The notes below the pieces were generated by a model, which saw nothing but the letters and a program-made list of their open reading frames with translations, ran no database searches and had not been told where the DNA came from. The translations under genes and the position numbers were made by a program. Positions 12,840 to 26,903 of a stretch of 64,000 bases of DNA are shown piece after piece (position 1 is the first letter of the stretch; each line of letters begins with the position of its first letter). The DNA lies in NCBI RefSeq assembly GCF_000485595.1, contig NW_014577061.1, positions 1,110,420 through 1,174,419 on the forward strand, read 5' to 3'. This DNA comes from Priapulus caudatus (lineage: Eukaryota).

Positions 12840-12953
12840 ATGGGTAAAAAGAAAGATAAAGCTAAGAAATTGAAAGGGGCAGACAAAACCGCGATGAAAA
12901 CAGACAGGAAAGTTAACAAGAAGATAAAAAAGGAAATGACTGAAAAGGGTGAA
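12840..12953 (+). CDS. KLHDC4: Kelch domain-containing protein 4, exon 1
   Basis: MGKKKDKAKKLKGADKTAMKTDRKVNKKIKKEMTEKGE; GTGAGT donor, phase 0. Confidence 0.92.
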
Positions 12954-13273
12954 GTGAGTACACATAACTGTTTCGGTGTTTGCCAGTTTGGGTAGAGTTG
13001 TCAGTTGATTTACAAATACAATATTATGCTGGCTCAAGCCAACTTTAGTTATTTCAGACACTCCAGCACAGGCACAGACACTTGGACTGATTCAATATTA
13101 AAAATTGTAAATAAAGACAAATTGTATGTATTACCAAATACTTAATGTATGTGTTCTCTATCGGCTAGTCCTTTCACGTAAAGGCCATTCGTGGTCTTTA
13201 TGGCTTATGACACACACATGCAGTCTCATCACACACATGCCACTGTGCACAAACTCACAGAAAGATAGAACAG

Positions 13274-14410
13274 TTTCTGGACTTCACCAAGGCATTTGAC
13301 ACGGTGCCCCATCAGAGGTTGCTGAAGAAGCTAAGCCACTACGGCATCAGAAACCACATACTCAAATGGATCCAGGAATTTCTCTATCATCGATCACAAC
13401 AAGTGGTCGTGGAAGGGGAACACTCCGATTGTGTTTCAGTGGACTCGGGTTTTCCACAGGGAACTGTCCTTGGTCCTTTACTGTTCCTTCTACACATCAA
13501 TGATCTACCAGCCACTGTAACCAGCAAAGTGCGATTGTTCGTCGACGATTGTCTCCTATATAGGGTGATCAACTCCATCAAGGATCAGCACATGCTGCAG
13601 CAAGACTTGTCCATTCTTCAATCCTGGGCCGAGACCTGGGGGATGCGATTTAACGCCCAGAAGTGTTACATCCTGCGCGCAACACGGAAAAAAAGACGCT
13701 ATCGTACTTCTACGAAATAGGTGAAAAATTTCTCCAGGAGGGTTGAGTCAACTCTGTATCTCGGCGTAATTCTCTCGAACACCCTGAAGTGGGACAAATT
13801 TATCAATAGTTTATGTGCGAAAGCCAACAGCACCCTTGGCTTCGTCAAAAGGAATTTGAAATACGCGCCCAAAACGCTGAAAGCCACAGCATACAAATCT
13901 CTTATTTGGTCTAAGCTAGAGTATTGCCTGCACAGTCTGGGACCCACATTTAAAAAAAGACATAGAAAAAATTGAAATGATCCAACACCGTGCAGCTAGA
14001 TTCGTCTGCAATGATTATGGCAGAACCAATAGCGTAACTGCAATGTTACAATCACTTAATTGGCAGAATCTTCAACTACGCCGTAAAGAGAAGCGTCTCA
14101 ACCTTCTCAACAAAATTCTCTCTGGAAGTTCTGCGATCCCCAAAGTCCAGTACATTAGGATGGGTCCATCGCGCACAAGGAGCAAAAACGACAGCAAACT
14201 CGCAGTCATTAGAACCTCAACAGAGGAATTCAAGAACTCATTCTTTCCACGAACCATCGTGGACTGGAATGCCTGCACACAGACCGTAATCGACGCCATC
14301 TGTGTTGCGGTCGCAGCCGGGAGCGCCTAATTTCACCAGGCCCCACCACCTGCGTCATAATACGCGTATACGCGGTCGACGCAGTACACAATCAAGAAGA
14401 TCAAGATCAA
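13274..14410 (+). mobile_element. 5'-truncated, frameshifted non-LTR retrotransposon (CR1/L2-type ORF2: RT and C-terminus) in KLHDC4 intron 1
   Basis: FLDFTKAFDTVPH, SGFPQGTVLGPLLF, LFVDDCLLY, IQHRAARFV and FKNSFFPRTIVDWN spread over three frames; 3' stem ctgcgtc...gacgcag and short atcaag-type tail. Confidence 0.93.
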
Positions 14411-14556
14411 CAGTGGGAAAGCATGAGTACTGAATTTGCACAATGCTTGCTTCGCTTTCACATCACAGCGAAACTGAGCTCCATGACCAGTCCGCCACTC
14501 TCTTCCTTGGCAAGCCATCATGATTTGCGCAGGATTGACATCACATACACGACTAC

Positions 14557-14861
14557 GGGTGCATTTATTCAGGACGAAATCCGTCTTGTTTGGTTCACTT
14601 GATCCTGATCTGCCCAAACAGATACAAACTCACTTCCAACGGTTCACGTTTTTCTGTGACCTATCACAGAATGGTTTGTAATAAACAACAATCTGTGATT
14701 GGCTGGGTCGCACGCCACCATATCGGATCCCCTGCTAATCCACCTTGCAAGCAGGTTCTGGAATTTGTGATCCAGATCACTGATCGGCCCAAACAAGCGC
14801 AGAGGATCACTTAGCTTGATCCAAGCATCAGGATCATATGATCCTCCCAAACAAATGCACC
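14557..14861. mobile_element. Probable Tourist/Harbinger-like MITE
   Basis: Termini ggtgcatttatt / aacaaatgcacc; repeated internal gatc and ccaaaca motifs. Confidence 0.45.
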
Positions 14862-16455
14862 TTTCGTTCATGGGTCCATCAGTCACATGGTGCGGTTAGG
14901 GAGTTTTAGATAATAAATGGCCAGTTGCCCCTATTTACATTGCCAAGGAGTAGGAGTTTTTTACAGGAATTTACTAGCTTTCTCGAGAGGGTAAAATAAG
15001 TTGTGCCAAATGGCAAAAGTGATCGTTTAAGCAAGTGAACATTTGGTTGTGCATAGATAACAGAATGGGGGTAATTGTTTGTGCATTTTTGCTGTGATAG
15101 TTTCAAACGAAGCAGGTGTTGTGCGAATTTGACACTTTTGTTTTCCCAACTGCTCTGTCTTTCTGTGAGTTTGTGAACAGTGGCGTGTGTCCAGCAAAAT
15201 GATGTGTTGCAGAGGAGGATCTGAAATACATTTACAGGGAACTATTACTAATAATAGATGAAAGAGAGTAGATAAACATTGAGACTTTGGGGGAGCTGTC
15301 ACAGCTAATTACGAGCAATCGACGAGCAGTTATGTGCGAATGATCGATGCGCTCGGGAGGTGGGGGATGGTGTTTGTATTTACAATATTATTTTCAATTT
15401 ACTATCCCCAGGTTATGTGAACTGATGACACCTATATGTTCCTTCAATCATGAGTGTACTGAACTTCAATACCTTACCACAATAATAGTTAGGAAAATTA
15501 TGACTATGTTAAAAATTTCAATTGGAGCTACGCTACCATTCTTGCTAACCAACATTTTAGGTGACGAGGCCATTTTTACCTCATGCCTAGTTTTTACCTT
15601 GTTTTGGCTTGCATCTGATCCACTCATTCCTATTTATAAGTATTTTCACGGCATACATTATCTAATGTTTTAATTCAAACGGTCATTTCACCTAAAACTG
15701 GGGTTTGACAAACAAGGTGGACAGTGGAAATTTGTGTTGTGAGTCAATAGAAATCACACTTATAAACATCAGCATTTCCAACTTTTTATGGAATTTTTAA
15801 GGAGATCTAATAACTGCCGATCGTAACTGACAATGTATTGATTTATGAGTCTAATTAGGGTGTGACCTAACGGAGCACAAATTTCACAACAATGCTGATG
15901 GGAAATGGAGCTTGGTTGCCCTCCGTACTTGCCGTCATAGCCTTGAAACTAATGTGGTTTCTTTACATGGGTTGCCTTTGTGCACGGCACTTCCTTTAAA
16001 TGTAATGTTATGCATGTGTCCCTCTTTTTCTCACATAATTTTTATTTCAAAAGGTAAGTGGCATCGATTAACCTTCTTTGAATAAAATTGTTTCCTGGGT
16101 GGCCCTCCACCATGCTGTGGTGGCCCTAAAAATTTCTGATGGAACTGAAGGCATCATTCATTTGTCCTCTCCTATAAATCTCCTACTCCACTGACACCTG
16201 ACTGGTTCACTGCTAGGGGTCAGTGTTGTTGTCACCTGTCCTGTTTATCTCTTCTAAATTATATACATCAGGTACTGCAATTTACTAATAAGTAATAACA
16301 CTCTTATACCACTATTATGTAGTGGTGCAAGTTGTAACTAAACTTTTAGATTTATATAGCACACTGATTAGATTCATTAAATCAAATTAATGTTAGTAAT
16401 CAAAAGATAAAGATTACTATACATTGTTAAATGCTTCAATACTTACTTGTTTCAG

Positions 16456-16547
16456 GATGATATAGAACAACTGATCGCTAACTTTGTAGAGCAGGATAAA
16501 AAGCGTGCACAGATAACTGAAGAGATTGCAGAACCTCCATCACCACG
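16456..16547 (+). CDS. KLHDC4: KLHDC4 exon 2
   Basis: ttcag|DDIEQLIANFVEQDKKRAQITEEIAEPPSPR|gtaaat; 92 nt. Confidence 0.93.
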
Positions 16548-16733
16548 GTAAATATAACTTGGAAATAGATTTTTCTTTAGATATTTGCTCACTTAAACCA
16601 TATACGAGAATGATGTTGGTGTTGTGATATAGGTAAGCAGATTTGATAGTTTAATGCTTTAAACATTAAAACAATTTCGTTAAGTTGTGTGGTTTGTCCC
16701 AATCATTATGCACAACAACACATGATAGCATGA

Positions 16734-16883
<150 letters not shown>

Positions 16884-16910
16884 TAACAATTAAATGAATA
16901 TGTATATTAT

Positions 16911-16942
16911 CAAGAGTGTTATATATTCTTAATACGCTCTTG
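16911..16942. mobile_element. 32-bp micro-hairpin element CAAGAGTGT...ACGCTCTTG in KLHDC4 intron 3
   Basis: Non-palindromic 7-bp direct repeat ATATTAT on both sides. Confidence 0.6.
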
Positions 16943-17115
16943 ATATTATAATAGTTCCACACTTCGTAGTTTGTTTTGACACACTCTGCTATGTATAGGT
17001 AGCATTGTTACATGTAGCACCAGATGGAATAGATGAACTCAGTAGCGATTTGCTAACAACTTAATTGTAGGCTGAACTGTTAGTATTTAAGTTCTGGTTG
17101 CATTTGGTTTTACAG

Positions 17116-17214
17116 ACTTTCATGTACAATGATTTGTATGTGTACAGCATTAAGCATGATGAGTGGAGGTTGGTCAAGACCCCATTGGTTCCACCACCAA
17201 GATGTTCCCATCAA
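17116..17214 (+). CDS. KLHDC4: KLHDC4 exon 4
   Basis: TFMYNDLYVYSIKHDEWRLVKTPLVPPPRCSHQ; 99 nt. Confidence 0.95.
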
Positions 17215-17560
17215 GTGTGTTACTTCTGTTTTTGTTAAGCTAGCAGAGTCTTAGTTGGAGACATTTAGTTTGTAGAATATTTGACTATGAGATAATTAAT
17301 ATAAGAACATGGCAATAGCACCTGCTTGTACACAGCATTTAGTGTTTTCATATAATAATGAACGTAACCCATTTCAGTGTTGCCATTTTCTCATTTAGAA
17401 TTATGATGTTCAGATAGCATGTTTGCCAGGAAATGACCAAGATGTCATCGGAAGTACTATAATTAACAAAAGCCATTAAGTAACAGATTAACAGATGTTA
17501 ACCTATTAATTAAGTTACTCCTGGTGCCGTGTTAATGTTGTATGTAATTGATTAGCATAG

Positions 17561-17761
<201 letters not shown>

Positions 17762-18085
17762 TAGGCTTTTATTGTATTTCTATGAAACAGTTTTAAAAAT
17801 TCTTGCTTCTGAGAATACATGAGCAAATGACAAAGGAAATGCATATGCTGTAATCATAACATCAGTACAGTAGTTGTAGTGGACACATAAATGATTTGCT
17901 GGAGTTTTACATGGTACATTGTAAGTATTTCTATATGAATTTAATTGCGATCTTTGATGCAACATATCTATTCAGAGTTTGGGTGTGATCTAGCTTCTAT
18001 CAAATGTTATATGTTTCAGTGCAGAATTTGGAAAATTAGTCAAAGATCTATTTGTAGCTGATGTTTGCCTGTTCTATGATTTTAG

Positions 18086-18178
18086 TGCACATGGAGGGCC
18101 ATCATCCAGAAGTGGTCACAGAATGCTAGCCTCTAGAAAAGAATTAGTCGTGTTTGGCGGTTTCCATGACAATATCAG
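18086..18178 (+). CDS. KLHDC4: KLHDC4 exon 6
   Basis: AHGGPSSRSGHRMLASRKELVVFGGFHDNIR; 93 nt. Confidence 0.95.
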
Positions 18179-18340
18179 GTAGCCAGATAATACAGAAAAT
18201 ATAACATGGTTATGGAATTTATAAAGAGGCAAATGTAAAAAATGAATTTCTTCTTTGTTCAAGATTTTACATCCAAAACGTTTACACTCTTCTCAGTTTA
18301 TAACAAAACGCATGAAATTATTATAACTAACTAACCATGA

Positions 18341-18730
<390 letters not shown>

Positions 18731-19593
18731 TAAGTTAGGAATCACCCTAATTCATGCAGCTATGTACTCTTCCGTCTATGACTCTATGGTATCTGTAAAT
18801 TGCATGAAAGGTTTTTCATTTTTTGTAGGGACAACATATACTCGATCATTTATTGTTCAGTTTTTGCAATTATGAGCAGAATAGAGTCAGTTAAATCAGC
18901 ATGTGTGGGTGTTAAATGAAACGTATATGGTGTCATGGTCCAAGACTCTAAGTGATGCATTGCCAAAGCAAATTGATGATAAGCTCGTGGTTCAACAAGG
19001 TAATTTGTGTTGCTTGTATATTCTGTTGATATCAATCCTAGGGTGTTGGTATCTACTATTTTATCAAATATTTGGTCATACCATTAATTTCACATCCATG
19101 CACATGCATGCATGTGTGCACAAATGCACTGTATCTCTCTCACACATGCACACAAAAACAACCAAATACACACACACACATGCACACATGTATGCATGCA
19201 CACAAACAAACATACGATTACACACATGTTGCATGCATGCAGGCACACATGCAGAAACATGGACACTGAGTCTAAGGCTGCTATCAACAATGTATACCAA
19301 AGATAGTCATTCGGCTGCTCCATGCGTACTTGGTAATACGTAAGGGCATGCTATTACAATTTCAGGTAATTAGTTTCAGAATGTGAGCATTACTAGGTAA
19401 GATCTAATGCGAATTGATTCCTTGGGAGGATCGTTTGCGCAGCAGTGAGCAAAGCCTGCCCTGGTTCACGATCAGTTACGGCTCTGAGAACCTCTGAGAT
19501 TGCAGGCTGCTGTTAAGTGGCTGCAGAAATTCGAATGCTACGCGTGACGTCATTAACCGTAACAATTAAGACCGCAACGTGTTCGCACCGCAG

Positions 19594-19767
19594 AGCAAGG
19601 CGATCCGGTGAAGCAGAAGGGCGAGAGATGGAAATGGACGCTGGTCAAGCAGTGCGGAGTGCGGCCGACCCCGCGCTGTGGGTTCTCGCTAGCCACACTG
19701 CCCAACAACAGGGCCGTTGTCTTCGGAGGTGTACTGGACACTGAAGAGGATGATGAGGAACTCCTAG
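19594..19767 (+). CDS. KLHDC4: KLHDC4 exon 8
   Basis: QGDPVKQKGERWKWTLVKQCGVRPTPRCGFSLATLPNNRAVVFGGVLDTEEDDEELL. Confidence 0.92.
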
Positions 19768-20131
19768 GTGTGTGTGTGTGTGTGGGTGGGTGGCAGCATG
19801 GCCGCACGTCAATCGCTGCATGTTGTTGGTGTTACTGTACTAGAACGAGACTATCGGTGCGACTTTTAATAGTTTTCATTTGATTAGGTAATGAATTCAT
19901 TATGAATTGGTATACTGCTGGTAAAAAACATTTGGTTTTTAGCTTGGGATTAGACTAGTAGTATCCCTGTGTTCAATGTACTTCATCAATGTCATCATCC
20001 ATAGACTGAATAATATATTGGGATGATAGAATGAGAAGAGAAAGAGTTCCTTTAAAAAGAGTTAATAATTATATAATAACAAACAAATTCTTTCTTATAC
20101 ACCACAATGTAAATATAAATTTTATTTATAG

Positions 20132-20357
20132 GAACTTGCTTGAATGATTTTTACCAACTGGACCTTGCCAAAGGAAAATGGCAAGATTTAGAACTTAAGG
20201 GCAAAAGGTCATTTGAGAAAAAAGCACGCCGACGAAAGAAGGATAAAGAGGAGGGAGGGGACGATGCAATGGAGGAGGAAGGAGATGATGATGCTGGTGA
20301 AGAGGAGAAGGAAGATCTCGAAGACAACTTGAATGAGTTGAAATTAAAAGATGGCAG
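20132..20357 (+). CDS. KLHDC4: KLHDC4 exon 9
   Basis: GTCLNDFYQLDLAKGKWQDLELKGKRSFEKKARRRKKDKEE plus acidic linker; phase-2 donor. Confidence 0.9.
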
Positions 20358-21042
20358 GTAGCTTATATATATACATATAGGGTGGACCAAAATAAATGTC
20401 ATTGATCTTCGAGAAGCAATATCTAGGGTACCACTACAGCTAGAGATTTGATAAAACAACACAATTGAAGTTAATTTATTTCTCTTCTCTTTCAAGTTTC
20501 ACATGGTCATGCGAGCTTTATAATGGCTGAAATTTTATTGCAGCATATCCAAAATAACTTGCACATTAAAATCATTTTATTTTTGATAAGTAAATATATA
20601 TATATTTGGAATATAAATTATGCCTTCCATTTATTATCGTCTAGGAAGAGTCATTTAGTTAATGCTCAGTTGTTCTGGTGATGTGGTGTAAGCCACTGTG
20701 CAATACTTCCTTACTGAAATTACTGAATACGTTTTGATACAATCAAATTTTTGCTAATTGTTAGTGCTTAGCATATATACGGTCAACTCTTCAAATTCCG
20801 AAATGCCCTCAAAACCAAACCTCACGTTAAATCAGGCAATTTTTTTAAAGTCCCAACACCATCTGAGACGTGTAAGATGCCCCCCCTGTGAACCAAATTT
20901 CACAGAAAACGTAACTAAATGGATGGTCCCAGAGGATGGTCGGTATTGGGACAGTTGACTGTAATTACGTGGGTCATACATATTGACTGTCTAGATTTTC
21001 TCTTTGACTTTTTATTTTCATAATTATATGTTATCTATTTAG

Positions 21043-21142
21043 CAGTACAACTGCCTCAGAACTAGCGGAGCATCCAACACAGTCAGTGAATGATGTATCG
21101 ATGCATGGGCCTCAAACAGTGTATGATGATGGGGTGTTCAAG
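21043..21142 (+). CDS. KLHDC4: KLHDC4 exon 10 (NAGNAG acceptor; alternative start 21046)
   Basis: STTASELAEHPTQSVNDVSMHGPQTVYDDGVFK; phases match the flanking exons. Confidence 0.82.
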
Positions 21143-21406
21143 GTAGCTGAGCTTTCAATTCTACAACATTTCTGTAGTATTTTTGTACCCAAGTGGATGA
21201 AGTGGATAAACGTTTTGTATAATGTTTTTTTATTTTGGGGCTTGTTCACATTTTCCAGGAAATAGACTAGAAATTGTGATGCAACACTTTTCGTTATTCA
21301 TAACTTATTGGCCTGCATTATTTTCTTTGTGCTGTTTCCTAATTAAGTAATTAAGAGAGTGTTAAAAGTAAATAGAGCATTAAAATGGGTCTAATTATTT
21401 CTTCAG

Positions 21407-21548
21407 GTATCTATGGGAGCAGCAAGCCATTCAGCTCTAGGTGATCACTTGACCAGTCCCACCACATCTACCGAACAGATTGTCCGACCCAGTCCGCGCA
21501 TGAATGCATCGATGGCATTTAAGCGGGGGATTCTGTACTTGTACGGAG
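21407..21548 (+). CDS. KLHDC4: KLHDC4 exon 11
   Basis: VSMGAASH...RPSPRMNASMAFKRGILYLYG (last kelch repeat). Confidence 0.92.
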
Positions 21549-21774
21549 GTAATGCTAGCAGATGCTGCTCCTAGTTTATAGATTTCCATCATGAAACATT
21601 TAATTATGCTGACACTCCTCTGCCTATAGATCGTTGATAGATCACACTTCCTGCATTGCACTTCAAGGATAAAACCTAGCCAGCAGCATTTACATGAGTC
21701 TTTCCAATCATATTCCGATCATGTGGTCAGTGCTTACAGACCTTGCCACAATTTTTGTTGTGATTTCTCATTAG

Positions 21775-22022
21775 GGGTAAGCGAGGAGAAAGAGAAGGAG
21801 ACAACGTTGAGTGATTTTTATTCCATTGACTTGCGGCGGATGGATGAGTGGAGAACCATAATAGCCGGAGACCCGTCTAAAATGGAGTGGATCGAGTCGA
21901 GTGAATCCGAGAGCGAGGAGGAAGAGGAGAAGGAGGAGGAGGCGGGGGAGGATAACAGGGAGGACGATAGCAATGAAGATGGGAATGGTGATGATGATGA
22001 GGTTGGTGCATGCAGTGGGTAG
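21775..22022 (+). CDS. KLHDC4: KLHDC4 exon 12 (terminal, acidic tail, TAG stop)
   Basis: GVSEEKEKETTLSDFYSIDLRRMDEWRTII...EWIESSESESEEEE...; the joined CDS is 1731 nt, in frame. Confidence 0.88.
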
Positions 22023-22434
22023 GACAGGGTGGAACAGGAACAGGAACTGGAAATTAAGGCAACTCTTTGCCATGTTGCCAGTCAGGATGGGTATATAAGA
22101 ATGTGGCCACTGTATGCAGGTATTCCTGTTTTAGCACCTGCGTTCTGTACAGTCATATTTTGTAATGCCAGCTTATACATAGAAGAATGTCTGATGCTGA
22201 TCTGAATATACATACAAAGTATCGTTGTGGAGTAACCTTTCTTGAAACAAGTGAATCGTCGTCATATTAATCCGAGAATTAATTAAGTGCCCCCTAGCTT
22301 TGCTGATGAAAGATTAAGATTTAATGATATTTCTAGCACTGTGAGAGGATTATGCTTGTGGCAGGACAAATTCGAAACCAAGTTTCAATTACTTTAAAGA
22401 TTGAATGCCAAGAATTTGTTCATAATTACAGTAT

Positions 22435-22440
22435 AATAAA
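22435..22440 (+). terminator. Candidate KLHDC4 polyadenylation signal
   Basis: AATAAA ~410 nt after the stop codon, followed by T-rich sequence. Confidence 0.55.
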
Positions 22441-22574
22441 TAAATTCTGATAATCGGTTTGATTTAGTATGTGAACTTATTACATTATAGGTTTGATGCA
22501 TTAATTTGTATCTATCTCTATATCTGTCGGTCAGTCTGTCACAGACAGGTGGGTGGTCTGTCAGTTGAGTCGGC

Positions 22575-22786
22575 TCTGTCTCCCCCTTCTCTCTACTCTC
22601 TCCGTCTCTCCCTCGTTCTCTTCTCTATCTCTTGTCGCTCTCTACTCTCTCTCTGCTTCCTCTCTCTCTCTCTCTTTCTCTCTTCTCTGCTCCTCCTTCT
22701 CTCTCTCTCTCTCTATACTTGCTCTCTCTCTCTCTCTCTCTCTCTCTCGCTCCATCTCTCCTCATCTCCTCTCTCCTCTCTCTCTC

Positions 22787-22833
<47 letters not shown>

Positions 22834-23007
22834 CTCATCTCTTTCTCTCTCTCTCTCTCTGCTCTCTCTCTCTCTCTCTCTCTTTCTGCGCTCTTTCTCT
22901 CTCATCATCTCTCTCTCTCCCTCTCTCTCTCTCTCTCTTCTCTCGTTCTCTCATACTCTCCTCTCTCTCTTACTTGGCTCGTCTCTCATCTCCTCTCTCG
23001 TCTTTCT

Positions 23008-23045
<38 letters not shown>

Positions 23046-23076
23046 CTCTTTCTCTCCTCTCTCTCTTTCTCTCTCT

Positions 23077-23153
<77 letters not shown>

Positions 23154-23230
23154 ACTCTCCTCGGCCTCTCTCTCTACTCTCTCTCTCTCTTACTTTGCCT
23201 CTCTCTCTCTCTCTTCCTCTCTCTCTCTCG

Positions 23231-23295
<65 letters not shown>

Positions 23296-23388
23296 TCTAC
23301 TCCTCTCTGCTCTCTCTCTCTCTCTGTCTATCTCCCTCCGTTCCTTTCTCGCTCTGTTCTCTCATCTTCTCTCATCTCTCCTCTCCTC

Positions 23389-23470
<82 letters not shown>

Positions 23471-23511
23471 TCTCTCTCTGTCTCTCTCTCTCTCTCTCTT
23501 CTCTCTCTATC

Positions 23512-23545
<34 letters not shown>

Positions 23546-23769
23546 TCATCCTCTCTCCTCTCGCTCTGTCTCGTCTGCTCCCCGGCCGGCTCTCTCTCGC
23601 TCGCTCTCTAATCTATCTGTCTAGCCTAGCTACTCTCGCCTCTCTTTCTGTTTCTCTCTCTTCCCCCCCATCTCTCTCTCTCTCTCTCTCTTTCTCTCTC
23701 CTCTATACTAACTTTCTATCTATCTCTTTCACACATCTCTCTCCTCTCCCTCTCTCTTCTCTCTCTCTC

Positions 23770-23803
<34 letters not shown>

Positions 23804-23818
23804 CTCTCTCTCTTCTCT

Positions 23819-23859
<41 letters not shown>

Positions 23860-23931
23860 GTCTCTGTCTCTGCCTCTTCTCTATATATCTTTCTATCTAT
23901 CTCTCTCTCTCTCTCTCTCTGCCTCTCTCTC

Positions 23932-23986
<55 letters not shown>

Positions 23987-24030
23987 CTTCTCTCTCTCTC
24001 TCTCTCCTACTCTCTCTCTCTCTCATCTGT

Positions 24031-24063
<33 letters not shown>
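22575..24063. repeat. ~1.5 kb degenerate (CT)n tract
   Basis: Directly visible; the SL-repeat ORFs are artefacts. Confidence 0.97.
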
Positions 24064-24105
24064 ATATATATACTATATATATATATATGATATATATATA
24101 ACTAT

Positions 24106-24146
24106 CAGGAGTAGATATAGGGATTTTCCTGATTATCTACTCCTTG
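24106..24146. mobile_element. Micro-hairpin element CAGGAGTAGATA...TATCTACTCCTTG (same subfamily as 9865-9903)
   Basis: Termini nearly identical to the 9865 copy; TSD is degraded. Confidence 0.5.
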
Positions 24147-26888
24147 AAGTATATATACTAATATACAATTGATTTTCCATTAGAGACAATAATTAATTTG
24201 TATGGTACATGACAAGCTCAGCACAGCATACAATGCCGTATCATTTTGAAGCCTATATAAGCAAGCACACGACACACATAGACAAACATATATCTAAATA
24301 CTTAAATTCATATATAGCATATATATTTACTGATTTTCTCATAAGACAATATTAAATTCGTAGATTCTCGACGGAAAATAATTTCTATTCTAGAATGTTA
24401 GTGAATCGAAATTCGTCAAATTTCTGCCCATGATCTAGATGCATATGTCTATTAATTCTATGCTTAGTACCACGAACGAGCGAGGAACCCAGTATTGCAT
24501 GAAAGATTGGCAGCAGCATGTTTGTTTTTTATCCGGTTCAGCCTCTGTTGACATTATACGCGAGCCCAAAATTCATTTTGTGCCAGAGTGCGAGTGTCTA
24601 TTTGGTTGGAAGTTTCTAAGTGTGGGTAAAAACTATATATATGTTCTGTACTCATAGGATTCTGCACTGTTGGCAGATGAGAATAGCGGCTGAGAAATGC
24701 AAGTAGTCTGTCCAATAAGCCAAGCGTATGGCAAACCTAGCGCGTTGGAAATGCCAGTTGTTTTTAGCATAGTACGTCACGCGTAGATAATATTCCTAAG
24801 TCAGTTTGAGGCTATAATGTTAGTTGCAAATCTTCACAGGCCTCGCAGCGCGCGGGGTAGAATGTCAGTTGGGAAATGGCCTGCTGGCCTTCGCTTCTGC
24901 TTCGCTCCCAGTTTTTGTGAAGCGGTATCATTCAGTACGCGCGTGCTACGATGCGTCAACGGCTGAGCTTTGGCCTTTTGTATACGCTTTGTGTGCGCGC
25001 CGCGCGCTGTGCGTGCGTGCGTGCGTGCGTGTGTGGTGTGTGTGTGTGTGTGTGTGTGTTGCGTGGTGAGGACTTTAGCGGATACCGTGACGTTCCAACG
25101 GGTTTATAACGTTATCTGTCTCCATGTCTTCCTAGCTTTCTCTCTCTCTCCTCCCTCTATCGCTATCTATGATTTATGCATGTTAAGTTGACCTGTGTGC
25201 TTGTGCTATTCATGTGAGCGTTATGTGGTGGTACGCGTCAATATGAATATGTCGTATTTTAGCGTGCGATGTATGCACGCATGTGCGTGTATATATATAT
25301 ATAATATATATATATATATATAATGATATTACTATAGTATATATATATAAGCTACATATTCACGATATATTACCATGCCATATTTGTGCATTCAATTTTG
25401 CGTACGCATATGCTTTTCCGCCGGTGCTTGCATACGTAGGCCTACATAATAAGCATGCGCTACGGGTGCACGGCGCCGCGGCGCAGCACGAGGAAGTCAT
25501 ATATACATACACTACACTCTACACGCGGACTGGAACCACCTGCCTACGCCGCTCTGCTGACAGTGAGCCTACCTATAATATATACTATGATATATATACG
25601 ATGATGTATAGTATCATATATATATATATATATACGTATGTATATATATATATATATATACATGTGTCGGATCATTTAGAACACTATGCATTGTTCTACT
25701 GCTGCGTATGTTCTATTGATGCACGATTGCAGGTATATGTTATACGGCTATGAGGACGAGCAGTGTGTGTGTGGGGGGGGGGTACGCGACAGCAGTGGGT
25801 GGAGTTACCTCCCTTTGTAAGGACTACAGAATAGCCAAAGTAAAATAGAAGCACTCACTTTGTGAGGGTGAAAATATGCAAGTAATTTATTAATCATAAT
25901 TAACGTTCATTCTTTATTTGAATAAATAACAAGTTCCCTTTATTATAAATATGAAGACAGATATGATCTTATCGTAAATAGTTATACACTAGTTGAGGGT
26001 GAGAGCGACTGCGTACGTCACATCTGTAGGCAAATGTGTATCAATGCGCCACTGTAAAATAAAAATATGATTTAAATTAATATCTGCTGCTCCTAACATG
26101 ACTAGATAAACACTCATGGCGCTCATGATAGAATAAAGGCCAAGTCAGGCCTTAAAACCGTGTTGAAAATTTTAGATTGCAGACGAAAAAAAATCCATCG
26201 TGGAATTTCAAGGTTATATAAGCATTCACACAGTCTGTATGAGTGGCTTCTTGTCCTAACTAGTCTTCTAAATGATTGCCTACAGATGTGACACCCGCTT
26301 GCAATCAATAAAGAAATAGTTGCGTACAAAACCAGTACAAAATGACAAGTTAAGAATGATTAATAAAGCCGATTATTATTAATCACTCTTCCGTTGTATT
26401 AATAATAGGCAATAATCGGGCCTTGTTAAAACGTAGTAATCGCCTCATGCAAACTCTATAGGAGTCACTGCGTGTTAGCCTCTTGCCTCCTGCGTCGCCC
26501 TCGACTGAGCAGGTCTCGGATATCTTTCGCTGAGGCTAGCACAGTACCGGCCAACCCCCGCAAATCACTAATCGCCAAATCAAAAGTGCCACCGCCGTTT
26601 CCCGCACGCGACGAGCGACCAGTGCACTCTCGGAGGCAAACCCCTCGCAAGATTGCTGAGGGAATATGGGATCAAACGCGGAATACCTGCGCCGTTAATT
26701 TGCATGAGGACTTCAGGTGATGTAGCTACCGCGTGCTAGGGTGATTCGACCCCCGCCGCCTGCAGCTCTTCGATCGGGGATTGCATAAAGCTTATCGTTG
26801 TTTGCTTCGTGCGATGCACTCCGCTACGCGACCGAATGAAGCTACCGCGTGATCGATACCGACCGTACAGTACGCATGCGCCTTTGCA

Positions 26889-26903
26889 CCGCCCTCTAGT
26901 GGC
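26889..26903 (-). promoter_or_regulatory. CTCF-like core motif (GCCACTAGAGGGCGG)
   Basis: Close match to the CCASYAGRKGGC consensus, between the convergent KLHDC4 and junctophilin 3' ends. Confidence 0.4.

Noticed and set aside
22471..24090. 539-aa SL-repeat ORF
   Set aside because: It is a (CT)n microsatellite translation.
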